Positions 40,118 through 49,253 of a stretch of 64,000 bases of DNA are shown here, one piece after another. Source of the DNA: Candidatus Coatesbacteria bacterium. Lineage in GTDB: Bacteria > RBG-13-66-14 > B26-G2 > WVWN01 > G020348885. Location of the stretch: the NCBI GenBank assembly GCA_020348885.1, contig CP070755.1, positions 1,630,689-1,694,688 of the forward strand, in the 5' to 3' direction. The notes beneath the pieces were generated by a model. It searched no databases and was not told where the DNA came from. It saw only the letters and a list, made by a program, of their open reading frames with translations. The position numbers were made by a program, and so were the translations under genes. Within the stretch, counting starts at the first letter, position 1. Every line of letters begins with the position of its first letter.

Positions 40118-41101
40118 ATGGCCCAAGGAGACGTAGAACAAGCGGCGGAGCTTGCAGCGGTTTTCGACGACTTGAACTCGCAAATAAGCCGCGTTATAAT
40201 TGGGCAACAAGAGGTACTGTTCGAGATACTGATCGGCCTGGTCGCCGGCGGTCATTGCTTATTAACGGGCGTCCCGGGGCTGGCGAAGACCCTGATGGTC
40301 AGTACAATTTCGAAAGCTCTCGACCTCGAGTTTTCGCGTATCCAGTTCACGCCCGATTTAATGCCGTCCGATATAACAGGGACGGAAATCATTGACGACG
40401 AACCCGGCGACGGCCGCTCTTTCAGGTTCGTCCGCGGGCCGGTCTTCGCACAGGTAATACTGGCCGACGAAATAAACAGAACGCCGCCGAAAACCCAGGC
40501 CGCGCTACTACAAGCGATGCAGGAAGGCCAGGTTACGGCGGGAGGAAAAACCCACGACCTACCGCGGCCTTTCTACGTCCTTGCGACACAGAACCCGATC
40601 GAGCAAGAGGGGACTTATCCGCTTCCCGAGGCACAACTCGACCGGTTTATGCTGAACGTCCTCGTTGGCTATCCGGACGCCGACGAAGAAAACGAAATAG
40701 TCGCGACGACGACCTCGGCGCCGCCCGAAGACCCGGAACCGGTGGCGGGCGCCGAACAGATTACCAAGTACCAAGAACTTGTCCGGAGGGTGCCCGTACC
40801 CGAAAGCGTATTAAACACGACGGTCGAGCTCTGCCGGTCAACCCGGCCGGGCGACAGCGCGCCGGAGTACATTAACCGTTGGGTTTCCTGGGGCGTAGGG
40901 CCGAGGGCCGCTCAGCACCTCGTACTGGCGGCCAAAGGCGGAGCGTTACTACAAAAACGCAACGCGGTTACGATAGACGATATCGAAAGACTGGCGATAC
41001 CGGTATTACGGCACAGGCTCGTCCTTAACTTCTCGGCCGAAGCCGAAGGCATAACACCCGACGACGTACTGAAAGAAGTAACCGAAACAGCATTGGCTTA
41101 A
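40118..41101 (+). CDS. moxR: MoxR family AAA+ ATPase
   Basis: GVPGLAKT, RIQFTPDLMPSD, LADEINRTPPKTQ, ATQNPIEQEGTYPLPEAQLDRF. Confidence 0.95.
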   Translation: MAQGDVEQAAELAAVFDDLNSQISRVIIGQQEVLFEILIGLVAGGHCLLTGVPGLAKTLMVSTISKALDLEFSRIQFTPDLMPSDITGTEIIDDEPGDGRSFRFVRGPVFAQVILADEINRTPPKTQAALLQAMQEGQVTAGGKTHDLPRPFYVLATQNPIEQEGTYPLPEAQLDRFMLNVLVGYPDADEENEIVATTTSAPPEDPEPVAGAEQITKYQELVRRVPVPESVLNTTVELCRSTRPGDSAPEYINRWVSWGVGPRAAQHLVLAAKGGALLQKRNAVTIDDIERLAIPVLRHRLVLNFSAEAEGITPDDVLKEVTETALA

Positions 41102-41109
41102 GGACCCTG

Positions 41110-42144
41110 ATGGGAAAAAGGAAATACCTGAATATTATCGTCGCGCCGGAAGACCGGTCCTCGACTTTGAACTTCAGGCTGTCGTTGCCGTTCCTATATA
41201 CGGTTACCGTGATAGCGTCGGTAATTTTCGTCGGGGTGGTCGTCCTAATCCTAAATCAGGCAATGGATGAGGTAAAACTAGGCGAACTCGAACTACTAAA
41301 ACGTCAGAACCAACAACTTAAGGAGAAACTTGCCGAAGTAGATAAAATAGCCGAAAAAATCGACGAGTTGGAGGTAATCGAAGACAAGTTGATGGTAATG
41401 GCCGGGGAACGGGACGCCGAACGGGAACTCGAAGCTATTACCGTAGGTGAGGACGCGGAGCTTTTCGGGAAAGGCGCCTTCACCCTTCCCGACGGGTTAC
41501 GCGAGTACCATGGGTATGTAGCCGAACACCCGGGAGCAGAGTTTATGGCCCCCCTGGGCGAACCGGCGGCGGGCGGATGGTTGAGCCGCGGTTTCGGCGA
41601 ACGCGTATCGCTGGGTCCCAAGGGGTTCCACCCAGGCGTGGATATTGCGGTTAAAGAGGGAACGCCCGTCCGGGCCACTGGTTCGGGCGTGGTAATATTC
41701 GCGGCCAACGACCCGGTATACGGTAACCTCGTAATCGTAGAACACGGCTTGACCGGTTACAGCACCTTCTATGGACATAACAAAAGCTTGAAAGTCAAAG
41801 TGGGCGATAAAGTCAAACGGGGAGGGGTAATCGCCCTTTCGGGCAATACCGGTGAAAGCAGCGCGCCACACCTCCATTATGAAATACGCCTCCACGGCGT
41901 CCCGGTGAACCCGTTAAAGTATATCAAACGGCCAGGCGAGGTAACGTTTACGGATTTCGCGCCGGCGACCCCCGAAATAATCCCGGCAGAGGAGACGAAG
42001 ATTACGGAGGAAAAGGCGCCGGCCGAAGACGAAAAACCGACTACCGAGGAAACGGAAGCCGAAACGCCCCCGACCGACGACGGCGGAAGTATCCCTGAAG
42101 AAGATACGACGCCAGCGCCGGAAGGCGAAAGCGATGGCGGTTAA
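41110..42144 (+). CDS. M23 family peptidase (TM, coiled coil, M23, acidic tail)
   Basis: HPGVD, YGHN, SGNTG.S.APHLHYE. Confidence 0.92.
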   Translation: MGKRKYLNIIVAPEDRSSTLNFRLSLPFLYTVTVIASVIFVGVVVLILNQAMDEVKLGELELLKRQNQQLKEKLAEVDKIAEKIDELEVIEDKLMVMAGERDAERELEAITVGEDAELFGKGAFTLPDGLREYHGYVAEHPGAEFMAPLGEPAAGGWLSRGFGERVSLGPKGFHPGVDIAVKEGTPVRATGSGVVIFAANDPVYGNLVIVEHGLTGYSTFYGHNKSLKVKVGDKVKRGGVIALSGNTGESSAPHLHYEIRLHGVPVNPLKYIKRPGEVTFTDFAPATPEIIPAEETKITEEKAPAEDEKPTTEETEAETPPTDDGGSIPEEDTTPAPEGESDGG

Positions 42145-42196
42145 AACGGAAAAACGGATTCAGTTCGATATAATCTGAGAAAGGAGTAAGCGAAAA

Positions 42197-42640
42197 ATGT
42201 TAGGGAAAAGTTCCGGCGGGTCCGGCGAAAGTAAACTCAACTCCCTAATCGGGAAGGGATCAAACTGCGCGGGCGATATCGCCGTCGAAGGCGGGTTGAA
42301 AATAGACGGTGATTTTAAAGGGACTATCGCCGCGAGCTCGTTATATATAGGAAAAAACGCTAACGTTGAAGCGACCGTAAAAGTGAAAACGGCCGTCATA
42401 GGCGGCAAATTACGCGGCGATATTATCGCCGAGGACAGCCTCGAGTTACAACCCAAAGCCGAACTAATAGGCGACGTACGTACGAAAAACCTGGTAGTCG
42501 CGGACACCGCCGTAATAGAAGGCCGTTTCGACATGGGTATGTCGAAAGCCTACGCGAACCGTCCGAAATTAGACATGGAAAAGGCCGGTCCGCCGGCGGC
42601 TCCGTCGGCCGAGGAAAAGGGAAAAACCGCGGGGGGGTAA
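42197..42640 (+). CDS. Bactofilin (CcmA-like)
   Basis: SLIGKG, LKIDGDFKG, IGG.LRGDI.A, IGDVRT..L.V...A.IEG. Confidence 0.92.
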   Translation: MLGKSSGGSGESKLNSLIGKGSNCAGDIAVEGGLKIDGDFKGTIAASSLYIGKNANVEATVKVKTAVIGGKLRGDIIAEDSLELQPKAELIGDVRTKNLVVADTAVIEGRFDMGMSKAYANRPKLDMEKAGPPAAPSAEEKGKTAGG

Positions 42641-42701
42641 ATAGAAAGCAATGCCTCGGAAAACGCCGAAGCCAACGTAACCCCTACATTGAACGCGTAC
42701 G

Positions 42702-42728
42702 AAAACGGCCGCCGAAGCGGCCGCTTTT
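42702..42728. terminator. Terminator between convergent genes
   Basis: AAAACGGCCGC-CGAA-GCGGCCGCTTTT. Confidence 0.6.
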
Positions 42729-42770
42729 AATCCCATTCCAATCACCGAACCGAGTCGAAACTTTCGTTCG

Positions 42771-43322
42771 CTAATCGTCCGCCTCAGTAAGGCCGCCGAA
42801 TCCGTCACCTGGAGGGGACCCCACCGCCGGCGACCACCTCTCGACGTACTCGTCTTCCAACACGCGGTGAATTTCCATCCTCTCTATCTGTTCTACGCCG
42901 GAAACATAATTATACTTTGCTTGCAGGTTAATAATCATCCTCGTATCGACGTCCGGCTCGAGCCGCTTACAGACTAAAACTATACTCCCGTTCCTCGTAG
43001 AAGCTTCCCCTTCATACACCTTATCATCGGGCGTCGTTATCCTCGTGGTGTTCCTGCCCATCTTCTCTATCACGGTTCCGGCCAGTATAGGAACGTATGC
43101 TATTTTCGTATATTCCTCGCGTTCGACCATAATTGCCCTGTCGTAAAGCGCGAACGTCCCTGTGAAAGAACGACCGTCTTTCGCTTCGACCGCCGCTTCG
43201 ACGATTATCTCCGCGTACGCGTCGTACGGCCGGGGAATATACTCTTCGTTATGGACTACGGCGGCCGACGCCGTCGGTATTATCGCACAAACGACAGCTG
43301 CGAAGAATAATATACTTCTCAT
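42771..43322 (-). CDS. Secreted hypothetical protein
   Basis: Signal peptide (ASA); AGGGG RBS. Confidence 0.7.
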   Translation of the reverse strand: MRSILFFAAVVCAIIPTASAAVVHNEEYIPRPYDAYAEIIVEAAVEAKDGRSFTGTFALYDRAIMVEREEYTKIAYVPILAGTVIEKMGRNTTRITTPDDKVYEGEASTRNGSIVLVCKRLEPDVDTRMIINLQAKYNYVSGVEQIERMEIHRVLEDEYVERWSPAVGSPPGDGFGGLTEADD

Positions 43323-43332
43323 AAAAACCCCT

Positions 43333-44265
43333 CTACCTTTTATGAAGAGCTATCTCGCCGTCTTCGTCAATGTAAACCGCATAGATACTTTCTTTCGCGT
43401 CCAGCGCCAGCGCAACGGAAGTACTGGGCCTTTCCGAAATCCTCAGTTCCGTACCTTCGCTAAGCGACATATCGCTCTCGACCGTATAATACCGCATATG
43501 TATATACTGGTCATCCCGGTCCACGTACGCGGCGAGCACTTCGTCGCCGATCACCGCAAGAGCCGGTTGGGCCGCCAACCGATCTTCGGTAGGGTATTCC
43601 TTAACATAAGTTAACTTTGTATCCTTGACCGACCCTTTGATCTCGTACGTCGTTAAAGAAAGCTTGCCCTTCTCGTTTACCCACGCCACGACCAGGACGT
43701 TGTCCACGACGCCGATAGAACACGGGTAGTTCGTTTCGCATTCGGGCAATTCTATTATATTTTTCCTCTTCGGCCGGGATTTGCCGAGGTCGTACACCGC
43801 GACCGTAACTCTGGAATCCTTCTGGTCCACGTAACCGATATAACCCCTCGTCCCGCCTATAGCGACGCTGGCGCCGCCGGAGCTCTTTTTGCCGACCCCT
43901 TTCTTATCGACGAATTTGAAATCGCCGGCTGATTTTATTTTGTAGTAAACAAGGTCGACGTCCCCGTCGGAGTCGGCCCAGGCCATCAACAATTTATCGT
44001 CCGATATAGACAACCCGAGAGCATTCGCCGTGCGGTCGCTAAGGCTTTCAGACTCGTCGAGCCACAGATCACCGCTCCCCTTCAGCTCGAAAAGGCCGAA
44101 CTTTAACGTCAGGTCGGGCCGGGCCCACGCGATATAAACATCGCCGTCGCAAACGGCTACTGCAGGGGTGCCGGGGCTTTCCTCGTTACTTTCGTACGTC
44201 ATAGCCGCGAAAGCGGCACCCGTAAACGTTGAAAGAACGGTAAGTATAAGACTTATACCGCGCAT
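43333..44265 (-). CDS. Secreted beta-propeller-like protein
   Basis: ATG at 44265 after GGAGG gives a signal peptide; about 6 repeats of P/A-A-x-A...(Y/L)-x-A-(W/Y). Confidence 0.75.
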   Translation of the reverse strand: MRGISLILTVLSTFTGAAFAAMTYESNEESPGTPAVAVCDGDVYIAWARPDLTLKFGLFELKGSGDLWLDESESLSDRTANALGLSISDDKLLMAWADSDGDVDLVYYKIKSAGDFKFVDKKGVGKKSSGGASVAIGGTRGYIGYVDQKDSRVTVAVYDLGKSRPKRKNIIELPECETNYPCSIGVVDNVLVVAWVNEKGKLSLTTYEIKGSVKDTKLTYVKEYPTEDRLAAQPALAVIGDEVLAAYVDRDDQYIHMRYYTVESDMSLSEGTELRISERPSTSVALALDAKESIYAVYIDEDGEIALHKR

Positions 44266-44301
44266 CGCTTTTCGCCTCCCAAAAAGGTTGTCAACTACGG
44301 G

Positions 44302-44330
44302 ATAATAAGATAGATATAAAGCCGTGTCAA
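44302..44330 (-). promoter_or_regulatory. Sigma70-type promoter
   Basis: Minus strand TTGACA-N17-TATTAT. Confidence 0.7.
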
Positions 44331-44396
44331 GGCCGACGGCCGAGAAGCCCGTCTTTAAAGCGCCGAGCCCGCAGACCGGGGAAACCCAACAAACGT

Positions 44397-44627
44397 CTAA
44401 AACGAAACCGTGCCTATCCCCGGACCAAAAGCGCAAGAACACCCGCAGCAGCTTAAAACCGCGTTGACGATACCGAGCGCTAAACAAACCTGGCCGAAGG
44501 ATTTACAAGCCCTTTCCGGTTTACTCATATATATTATACCGAGTATTATCCCGAGAATCGGTATAAAAAAGGAAAGGATATAGAACAACCATTCCGGGCC
44601 GGGCGGTTTATCTCCCCGTTCGTTCAT
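44397..44627 (-). CDS. Small membrane protein, PEPxWLFY array copy 6
   Basis: PPGPEWLFYILSFFIPILGIILGIIYMSK...FGQVCL; Cys-rich tail; GGAGG RBS. Confidence 0.85.
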   Translation of the reverse strand: MNERGDKPPGPEWLFYILSFFIPILGIILGIIYMSKPERACKSFGQVCLALGIVNAVLSCCGCSCAFGPGIGTVSF

Positions 44628-44656
44628 CGAAATTCGACCTCCAAACGCCGGTTATG

Positions 44657-44908
44657 CTAATAGCCCGTAGATATTGGTATCGCGAATAACGTAAGGCCCA
44701 CGGCCAGATATATAATCACGACAGCCATTATGAATACGACGGTGATTGCAAACCGGGCGACAACCGTAAACAGGCATACCTTACCGAAATCCCTGCAAAC
44801 CTCCGTCTGCTTACCCAGGAATATCGCGCCGATAACTATACCGGCCACCGGTTCGATAAACGACAGCACGTAAAACAACCAGGCCGGTTCCGGCGGTCTA
44901 TATTCCAT
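44657..44908 (-). CDS. Small membrane protein, PEPxWLFY array copy 5
   Basis: PPEPAWLFYVLSFIEPVAGIVIGAIFLGK...FGKVCL. Confidence 0.85.
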   Translation of the reverse strand: MEYRPPEPAWLFYVLSFIEPVAGIVIGAIFLGKQTEVCRDFGKVCLFTVVARFAITVVFIMAVVIIYLAVGLTLFAIPISTGY

Positions 44909-44921
44909 AACTACCCCTTTA

Positions 44922-45257
44922 TTAAAGCGTAGCTATACATACCCCCGTGATCGCCGACTCTATGGAAGAAATCACGGCCAATAAAAACACCATTATAATC
45001 AAGTAATAAACGATACAGACCAATATTACCAATATCACTATTAATACGTATAGGACCCACACGATGATTACGGCCAATATAAAGAGTAATAACAGGGCTA
45101 TCGGTATCGCTGCGAAGATGAGACACGTTTTCCCGAACCGCTTTAGCCCTTCGTCGGCTTTAGCCAGATAAATAACGCCGATAACTATCCCGGCGACCGG
45201 GACGGCAAAACTCAGGACGTAAAACAACCACGCCGGTTCCGGGGGTCTTTCTTCCAC
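44922..45257 (-). CDS. Small membrane protein, PEPxWLFY array copy 4
   Basis: PPEPAWLFYVLSFAVPVAGIVIGVIYLAK...FGKTCL; GGAGG RBS, GTG start. Confidence 0.85.
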   Translation of the reverse strand: MEERPPEPAWLFYVLSFAVPVAGIVIGVIYLAKADEGLKRFGKTCLIFAAIPIALLLLFILAVIIVWVLYVLIVILVILVCIVYYLIIMVFLLAVISSIESAITGVCIATL

Positions 45258-45267
45258 AACCCCTCCT

Positions 45268-45654
45268 TTATAATATAGCCGGTAGTAATAACGACCCGAC
45301 TACCGACGCCGCGGGCGAAACCGCGGTCGCCAACGCCGTTATTATTATCAACAGGATAACGAGAAAGTAGAACGCGAAAGCCATAAAAATAACCAAGACG
45401 TACACGATGATTACGACCAATATATAAAGCAGGAACAACACAATCGGTATCGCAGCGATGATTAGACAAGTCTTGCCGAACGTCTTCAGTTCTTCGTCGG
45501 TCTTCGTAAGGTAGATAACACCTATCACTATCCCGGCGATGGGGACAATAAAACTAAGGATGTAGAACAACCATGCGGGTTCCGGAACTTGCTCGACGAT
45601 ACCGCCATTTGCCCTCGTTTCCTTAATGGACGTCGCCTTAACGGTTTTTCCCAT
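45268..45654 (-). CDS. Small membrane protein, PEPxWLFY array copy 3
   Basis: VPEPAWLFYILSFIVPIAGIVIGVIYLTK...FGKTCL. Confidence 0.85.
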   Translation of the reverse strand: MGKTVKATSIKETRANGGIVEQVPEPAWLFYILSFIVPIAGIVIGVIYLTKTDEELKTFGKTCLIIAAIPIVLFLLYILVVIIVYVLVIFMAFAFYFLVILLIIITALATAVSPAASVVGSLLLPAIL

Positions 45655-45677
45655 AGTCGTATCCTCGCAAAACGCGG

Positions 45678-46025
45678 TTACGCGATGCCGGCCAGCGCGC
45701 CGATAAACGCGTACTCGCCGCCGCTAAGCCCCGCGAACGCTATAACCCCTATCATTAATACGACGTAGAAGACGAAGTATGCGACGGCAAACAGGATGTA
45801 GATGTAGATGCATAGGCAATATAAAAGGATAGGGATTATGGCCGCGATTAAGCAGTTTTTCCCGAACCGCCGGCATTCCTCGTTTGGTTTACCCATATAA
45901 ATCGCGCCGATAACTATCCCGGCTATCTGTACGAAAAACGAAAGTACGTAGAACAGCCACTCGGGTTCGGGCGGCATTTCCGTCGTCGCGTTCGTCTTGC
46001 GTACAGGGCTTCTATCTTCCGTCAT
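45678..46025 (-). CDS. Small membrane protein, PEPxWLFY array copy 2
   Basis: PPEPEWLFYVLSFFVQIAGIVIGAIYMGK...FGKNCL. Confidence 0.85.
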   Translation of the reverse strand: MTEDRSPVRKTNATTEMPPEPEWLFYVLSFFVQIAGIVIGAIYMGKPNEECRRFGKNCLIAAIIPILLYCLCIYIYILFAVAYFVFYVVLMIGVIAFAGLSGGEYAFIGALAGIA

Positions 46026-46125
46026 TACATCCTCACAGTCTAGCCGCCGTGCTTTTAGGGCGGAACTCCCGCGGGTAACCCGGTCGAATTACCCACGAAC
46101 GGGAATCCACACGTATTCGAAACGG

Positions 46126-46353
46126 TTATCCGAAAAATTCGCCGGCTCCGCCCCAGAGGAACAACCCGGCCCAGATTAACGAACCGGCGCAGACCAGTAC
46201 CAAAGCTACTATAGCCAACCAGATACAAATTTTACCCGATCGGCGGTAATCCGCTTCGGCGTTGGTCTGGGCCACGACGCCGAAAACAAGGCCGAAAAAC
46301 GGGAACAAGAATGAACCGACGTAACATAGATAACGGTGCTTAGGGGGCGCCAT
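46126..46353 (-). CDS. Small membrane protein, divergent array copy 1
   Basis: PPKHRYLCYVGSFLFPFFGLVFGVV...SGKICI aligns with the array core; AGGAG RBS. Confidence 0.7.
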   Translation of the reverse strand: MAPPKHRYLCYVGSFLFPFFGLVFGVVAQTNAEADYRRSGKICIWLAIVALVLVCAGSLIWAGLFLWGGAGEFFG

Positions 46354-46423
46354 TTCGCTCCTGATGTTAGACTTCTGCGGATATTCCCGAGTTTAATCCT
46401 TCCCTGATAAATACGTAATAACG

Positions 46424-46906
46424 CTATTTTCGTTTCTTACGGTCGGCCAACGGCAAGTAATACTCCACGAAATCGATAACGTCGTCCCTGTTCTCTTTCG
46501 CAAACCGCAGGTTCATCCCACGGAACGAATCGAGCCGCGACGCGTACGTGAAGGTCGAAAGCATTACGCCCATCTTGTCCGCGTAGTAAGACCGGAAGTA
46601 ATCCCAACCTCGCCTGCGTTTCGCGAACAAGACCCTAACCTCCGCCCCCGAACCGTCCAACCGGTAGTACGACGGGAAGAAGTGGTTATATAAAGATAGA
46701 ACCAATATCGCGGCTCCTAATACGCCGACGAACCAATAACCGGCGGCGACGCCGACCAAAACACCGGAAAGTAGGACTAGTATAACGGCGAAGATCGAAC
46801 GGACCGGATATGCCAGAAGCGGATAGACTGACCACTCGAGCGAACGCGGAGCGCCCGAAGCCGCCGCTTCGCTTCCCTTTTCCTCATCCGTTTCAAACGA
46901 ACTCAA
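46424..46906 (-). CDS. Hypothetical 2-TM protein with soluble C-terminal domain
   Basis: Two TM helices, then FFPSYYRL and RLDSFRG; overlaps the upstream gene end. Confidence 0.75.
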   Translation of the reverse strand: MSSFETDEEKGSEAAASGAPRSLEWSVYPLLAYPVRSIFAVILVLLSGVLVGVAAGYWFVGVLGAAILVLSLYNHFFPSYYRLDGSGAEVRVLFAKRRRGWDYFRSYYADKMGVMLSTFTYASRLDSFRGMNLRFAKENRDDVIDFVEYYLPLADRKKRK

Positions 46907-48674
46907 AACCCTCGACCTCGGACGTTTTCACGTCAATAACCTCGCCGTCGACATCGACGCCGAAAGATGTTTCACTTTTACCCCGTACCTTCCCGGGTAC
47001 ACCCTCGACAGTTTCGCCGCCGGATAGGTAGAAACGCACCGGGCGGCCGTTTTCGGAAGCGAACGCGACGGCGGAACGGAGCATCTCAGCCGTCGGCACC
47101 GCCGACGAACGTGGTACAGGTACGTCCGGCGCAGTATCGCCCCGGAAAAGCCGCGCCCTGTTACCCTTTCTCGGTTCTCGCCAAGCGTCCAAGGTAGCGG
47201 GTAAAAAGCCGGCCTCGATTAATCTTCCGTAAATCGTTTCGTAGTCGGACGCTGGTATCCTGAAACCGCATAGGTCCACCGGCTTCCCCAACTCGCCGGT
47301 TAACTCGGTTACTTTCGCTATCTCCTCCAACCGCGTTGCGTCCTTGGCCGCCAGAAACGTACCTTCGACGAAACCCACTTCACCGTAGCGTTCGGCCCAA
47401 TCGTCCAACGAGAACACCAGGTTCTGAGGCAGTTCCTTCGCCGACCTGTCCGCCAGAAACCGTTTAATCTCGTCCGCTGGCAGGCCGTCGTCGAGCGCCC
47501 GGTAAAAGGATTCTCTGCCGATTACGTACGTCAGGTAATGGCCCGAAGACCTCAAGTCGGCGAACGCCTCAAGCTTCAAACGCTCGTCCTGACCGATATC
47601 GGCCGGTACCTGTACCTCGAAGTTGCCTCCCACGTGGAAAACGTTACTGTCGGTCGGCTCGTTCCGCGATACCCCGTCTTCGATATCCGAAACCCTGCTA
47701 AGAACCAAATCGCCGTTTACGAAACCGGCTTCCAATATCCCGACGACGAACAGCGCGCACGCGACCCGCCCGGCCGTTTCCGCACCCGTTTCGCCGTTGG
47801 CTCGCCGGGCAACCCGTACCAGATACGAATAGCGAAACCATTCGCCTTTTGGGTGTTTCCTTAACGCGAAAACGGCGGCCGCCGCGGCTCCACCAGCCCC
47901 GGTCGGTACGTTAGATAATAACGTTATCGACAATCCCGGGAACCCCGATAACACATCAGCCAGATAATCCGGGTTTCCGGTCAGTTCCCCTCCTCTTCGA
48001 ACTACGGCTAGTCGAACTAAAGCGTAATTTACTAGCATATCCAACCTGCTGGCGCCGAACGTCGCGAACACGTCGTAAAGCGGCGGTTCTTCCTCGTCCA
48101 CCGACATAAGCGGCATTATACGTCCGAGCGAACGCCTCGATACCAAACCCGTTTTCGTAAGAGGTATCGGCCGTTTAAGGGTCTCGGCCCACAGCGTAGT
48201 AAGGTCGACGACAGCCGAAGCGGACGAGAGGTTAATCGGCGTATCCGGCGCCTTGACCGACGGTAGTTTATACGAACGGGCCAGCCCGGCGGCGAGCGTT
48301 TCCATGAGTTCCAACGGGACCCTCGGTCGGCCGAGAGTCGTGTCCTTCACTGCAAGCCCGCGGGAAGCCAGCGTCTCGCCGTAAAGCCCTCCCGCTGCTT
48401 TATCGAAATACGCTTTGCCTACGATATCCGCCGTCATCTCGAGGGTGATGAGCGCCAGGAGTTTATACCTGTCGGCGCGGCCTATCCCGTCTATCAGAAC
48501 GTCGAAAGGAGCTAGGGCCAGCGCGGACGGGATTTCTTCGAGTAAACGCGCCCGGGACGCGAAAGAGCTATCGAGACCTAGATGGTCGGCTATGGCTTTC
48601 AACCGGGCAAGGTCCATCGCCTGCAGCGATTGCGCCAATTCTACCTTTTCCGGCGTTTCGGGCATAGACTCCAT
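46893..48674 (-). CDS. XPB/Ssl2 N-terminal helicase-associated domain protein with possible degenerate C-terminal WYL-like domain
   Basis: VGGNFEV...LEAFADL...TYVIGRESFYRALDDGL...I..FL...S..ELPQNLVFSLDDWAERYGEV; no Walker motifs. Start 48674 or 48665. Confidence 0.75.
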   Translation of the reverse strand: MESMPETPEKVELAQSLQAMDLARLKAIADHLGLDSSFASRARLLEEIPSALALAPFDVLIDGIGRADRYKLLALITLEMTADIVGKAYFDKAAGGLYGETLASRGLAVKDTTLGRPRVPLELMETLAAGLARSYKLPSVKAPDTPINLSSASAVVDLTTLWAETLKRPIPLTKTGLVSRRSLGRIMPLMSVDEEEPPLYDVFATFGASRLDMLVNYALVRLAVVRRGGELTGNPDYLADVLSGFPGLSITLLSNVPTGAGGAAAAAVFALRKHPKGEWFRYSYLVRVARRANGETGAETAGRVACALFVVGILEAGFVNGDLVLSRVSDIEDGVSRNEPTDSNVFHVGGNFEVQVPADIGQDERLKLEAFADLRSSGHYLTYVIGRESFYRALDDGLPADEIKRFLADRSAKELPQNLVFSLDDWAERYGEVGFVEGTFLAAKDATRLEEIAKVTELTGELGKPVDLCGFRIPASDYETIYGRLIEAGFLPATLDAWREPRKGNRARLFRGDTAPDVPVPRSSAVPTAEMLRSAVAFASENGRPVRFYLSGGETVEGVPGKVRGKSETSFGVDVDGEVIDVKTSEVEGFEFV

Positions 48675-48859
48675 ACTACCATCGCGACGACAACCGCGCA
48701 ACAGTAATCGCCGGGAAGGCGCTGGTTAACCTATTGGAATCGCGCTTAAACGCGTACTTCCGTACCGGTTTATTCTCTCGTGCCGACCGGAGGGGTTGAT
48801 TTTTAACCTTCGGCGCGTTAAACTGAACGCGGGTAACGTCCATCACCGACGTAAGTTAG

Positions 48860-49228
48860 ATGCCGGAAAACGAAGAGCGAACGGCCGAAGACCTGTTGGC
48901 GCCTTGCGGGCTCGACTGTGGCGAGTGCCCCGCGTACGTTGCTACCCGGGCCAACGACCCGCGGGCTCTAGCTCGAGTCGCGGAAGAGTGGTCCCGCGCG
49001 TTCAACTTCGACGTAACGCTCGAGGAAGTAATCTGCGACGGGTGTTTAAACGATAGCGTACGTAAATACGCATACATTAAAACCTGTGGCGTACGACCGT
49101 GCGCCTTAGCCCGGGGCGTCCGGACGTGCGCCCACTGCGACGACTTCGGCTGCGATACCCTAACCGAGTTCTTCAATAACGTCCCGAGGACGAAGGAGTT
49201 ACTCGAAGCCATTCGCGACAAGTTATAA
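48860..49228 (+). CDS. DUF3795-like cysteine-rich protein
   Basis: APCGLDCGECPAY, CDGC, CGVRPCA, CAHCDDFGC. Confidence 0.85.
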   Translation: MPENEERTAEDLLAPCGLDCGECPAYVATRANDPRALARVAEEWSRAFNFDVTLEEVICDGCLNDSVRKYAYIKTCGVRPCALARGVRTCAHCDDFGCDTLTEFFNNVPRTKELLEAIRDKL

Positions 49229-49253
49229 ACGAATTCGAACGGGGAAAAACGAG

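Noticed and set aside
44266..44487. N-terminal extension of the 384-aa ORF
   Set aside because: Overlaps array copy 6 and a promoter; the likely start is 44265.
44397..46353. CRISPR array or DGR
   Set aside because: The repeats are degenerate protein-coding paralogs; no identical direct repeats, cas genes or reverse transcriptase.
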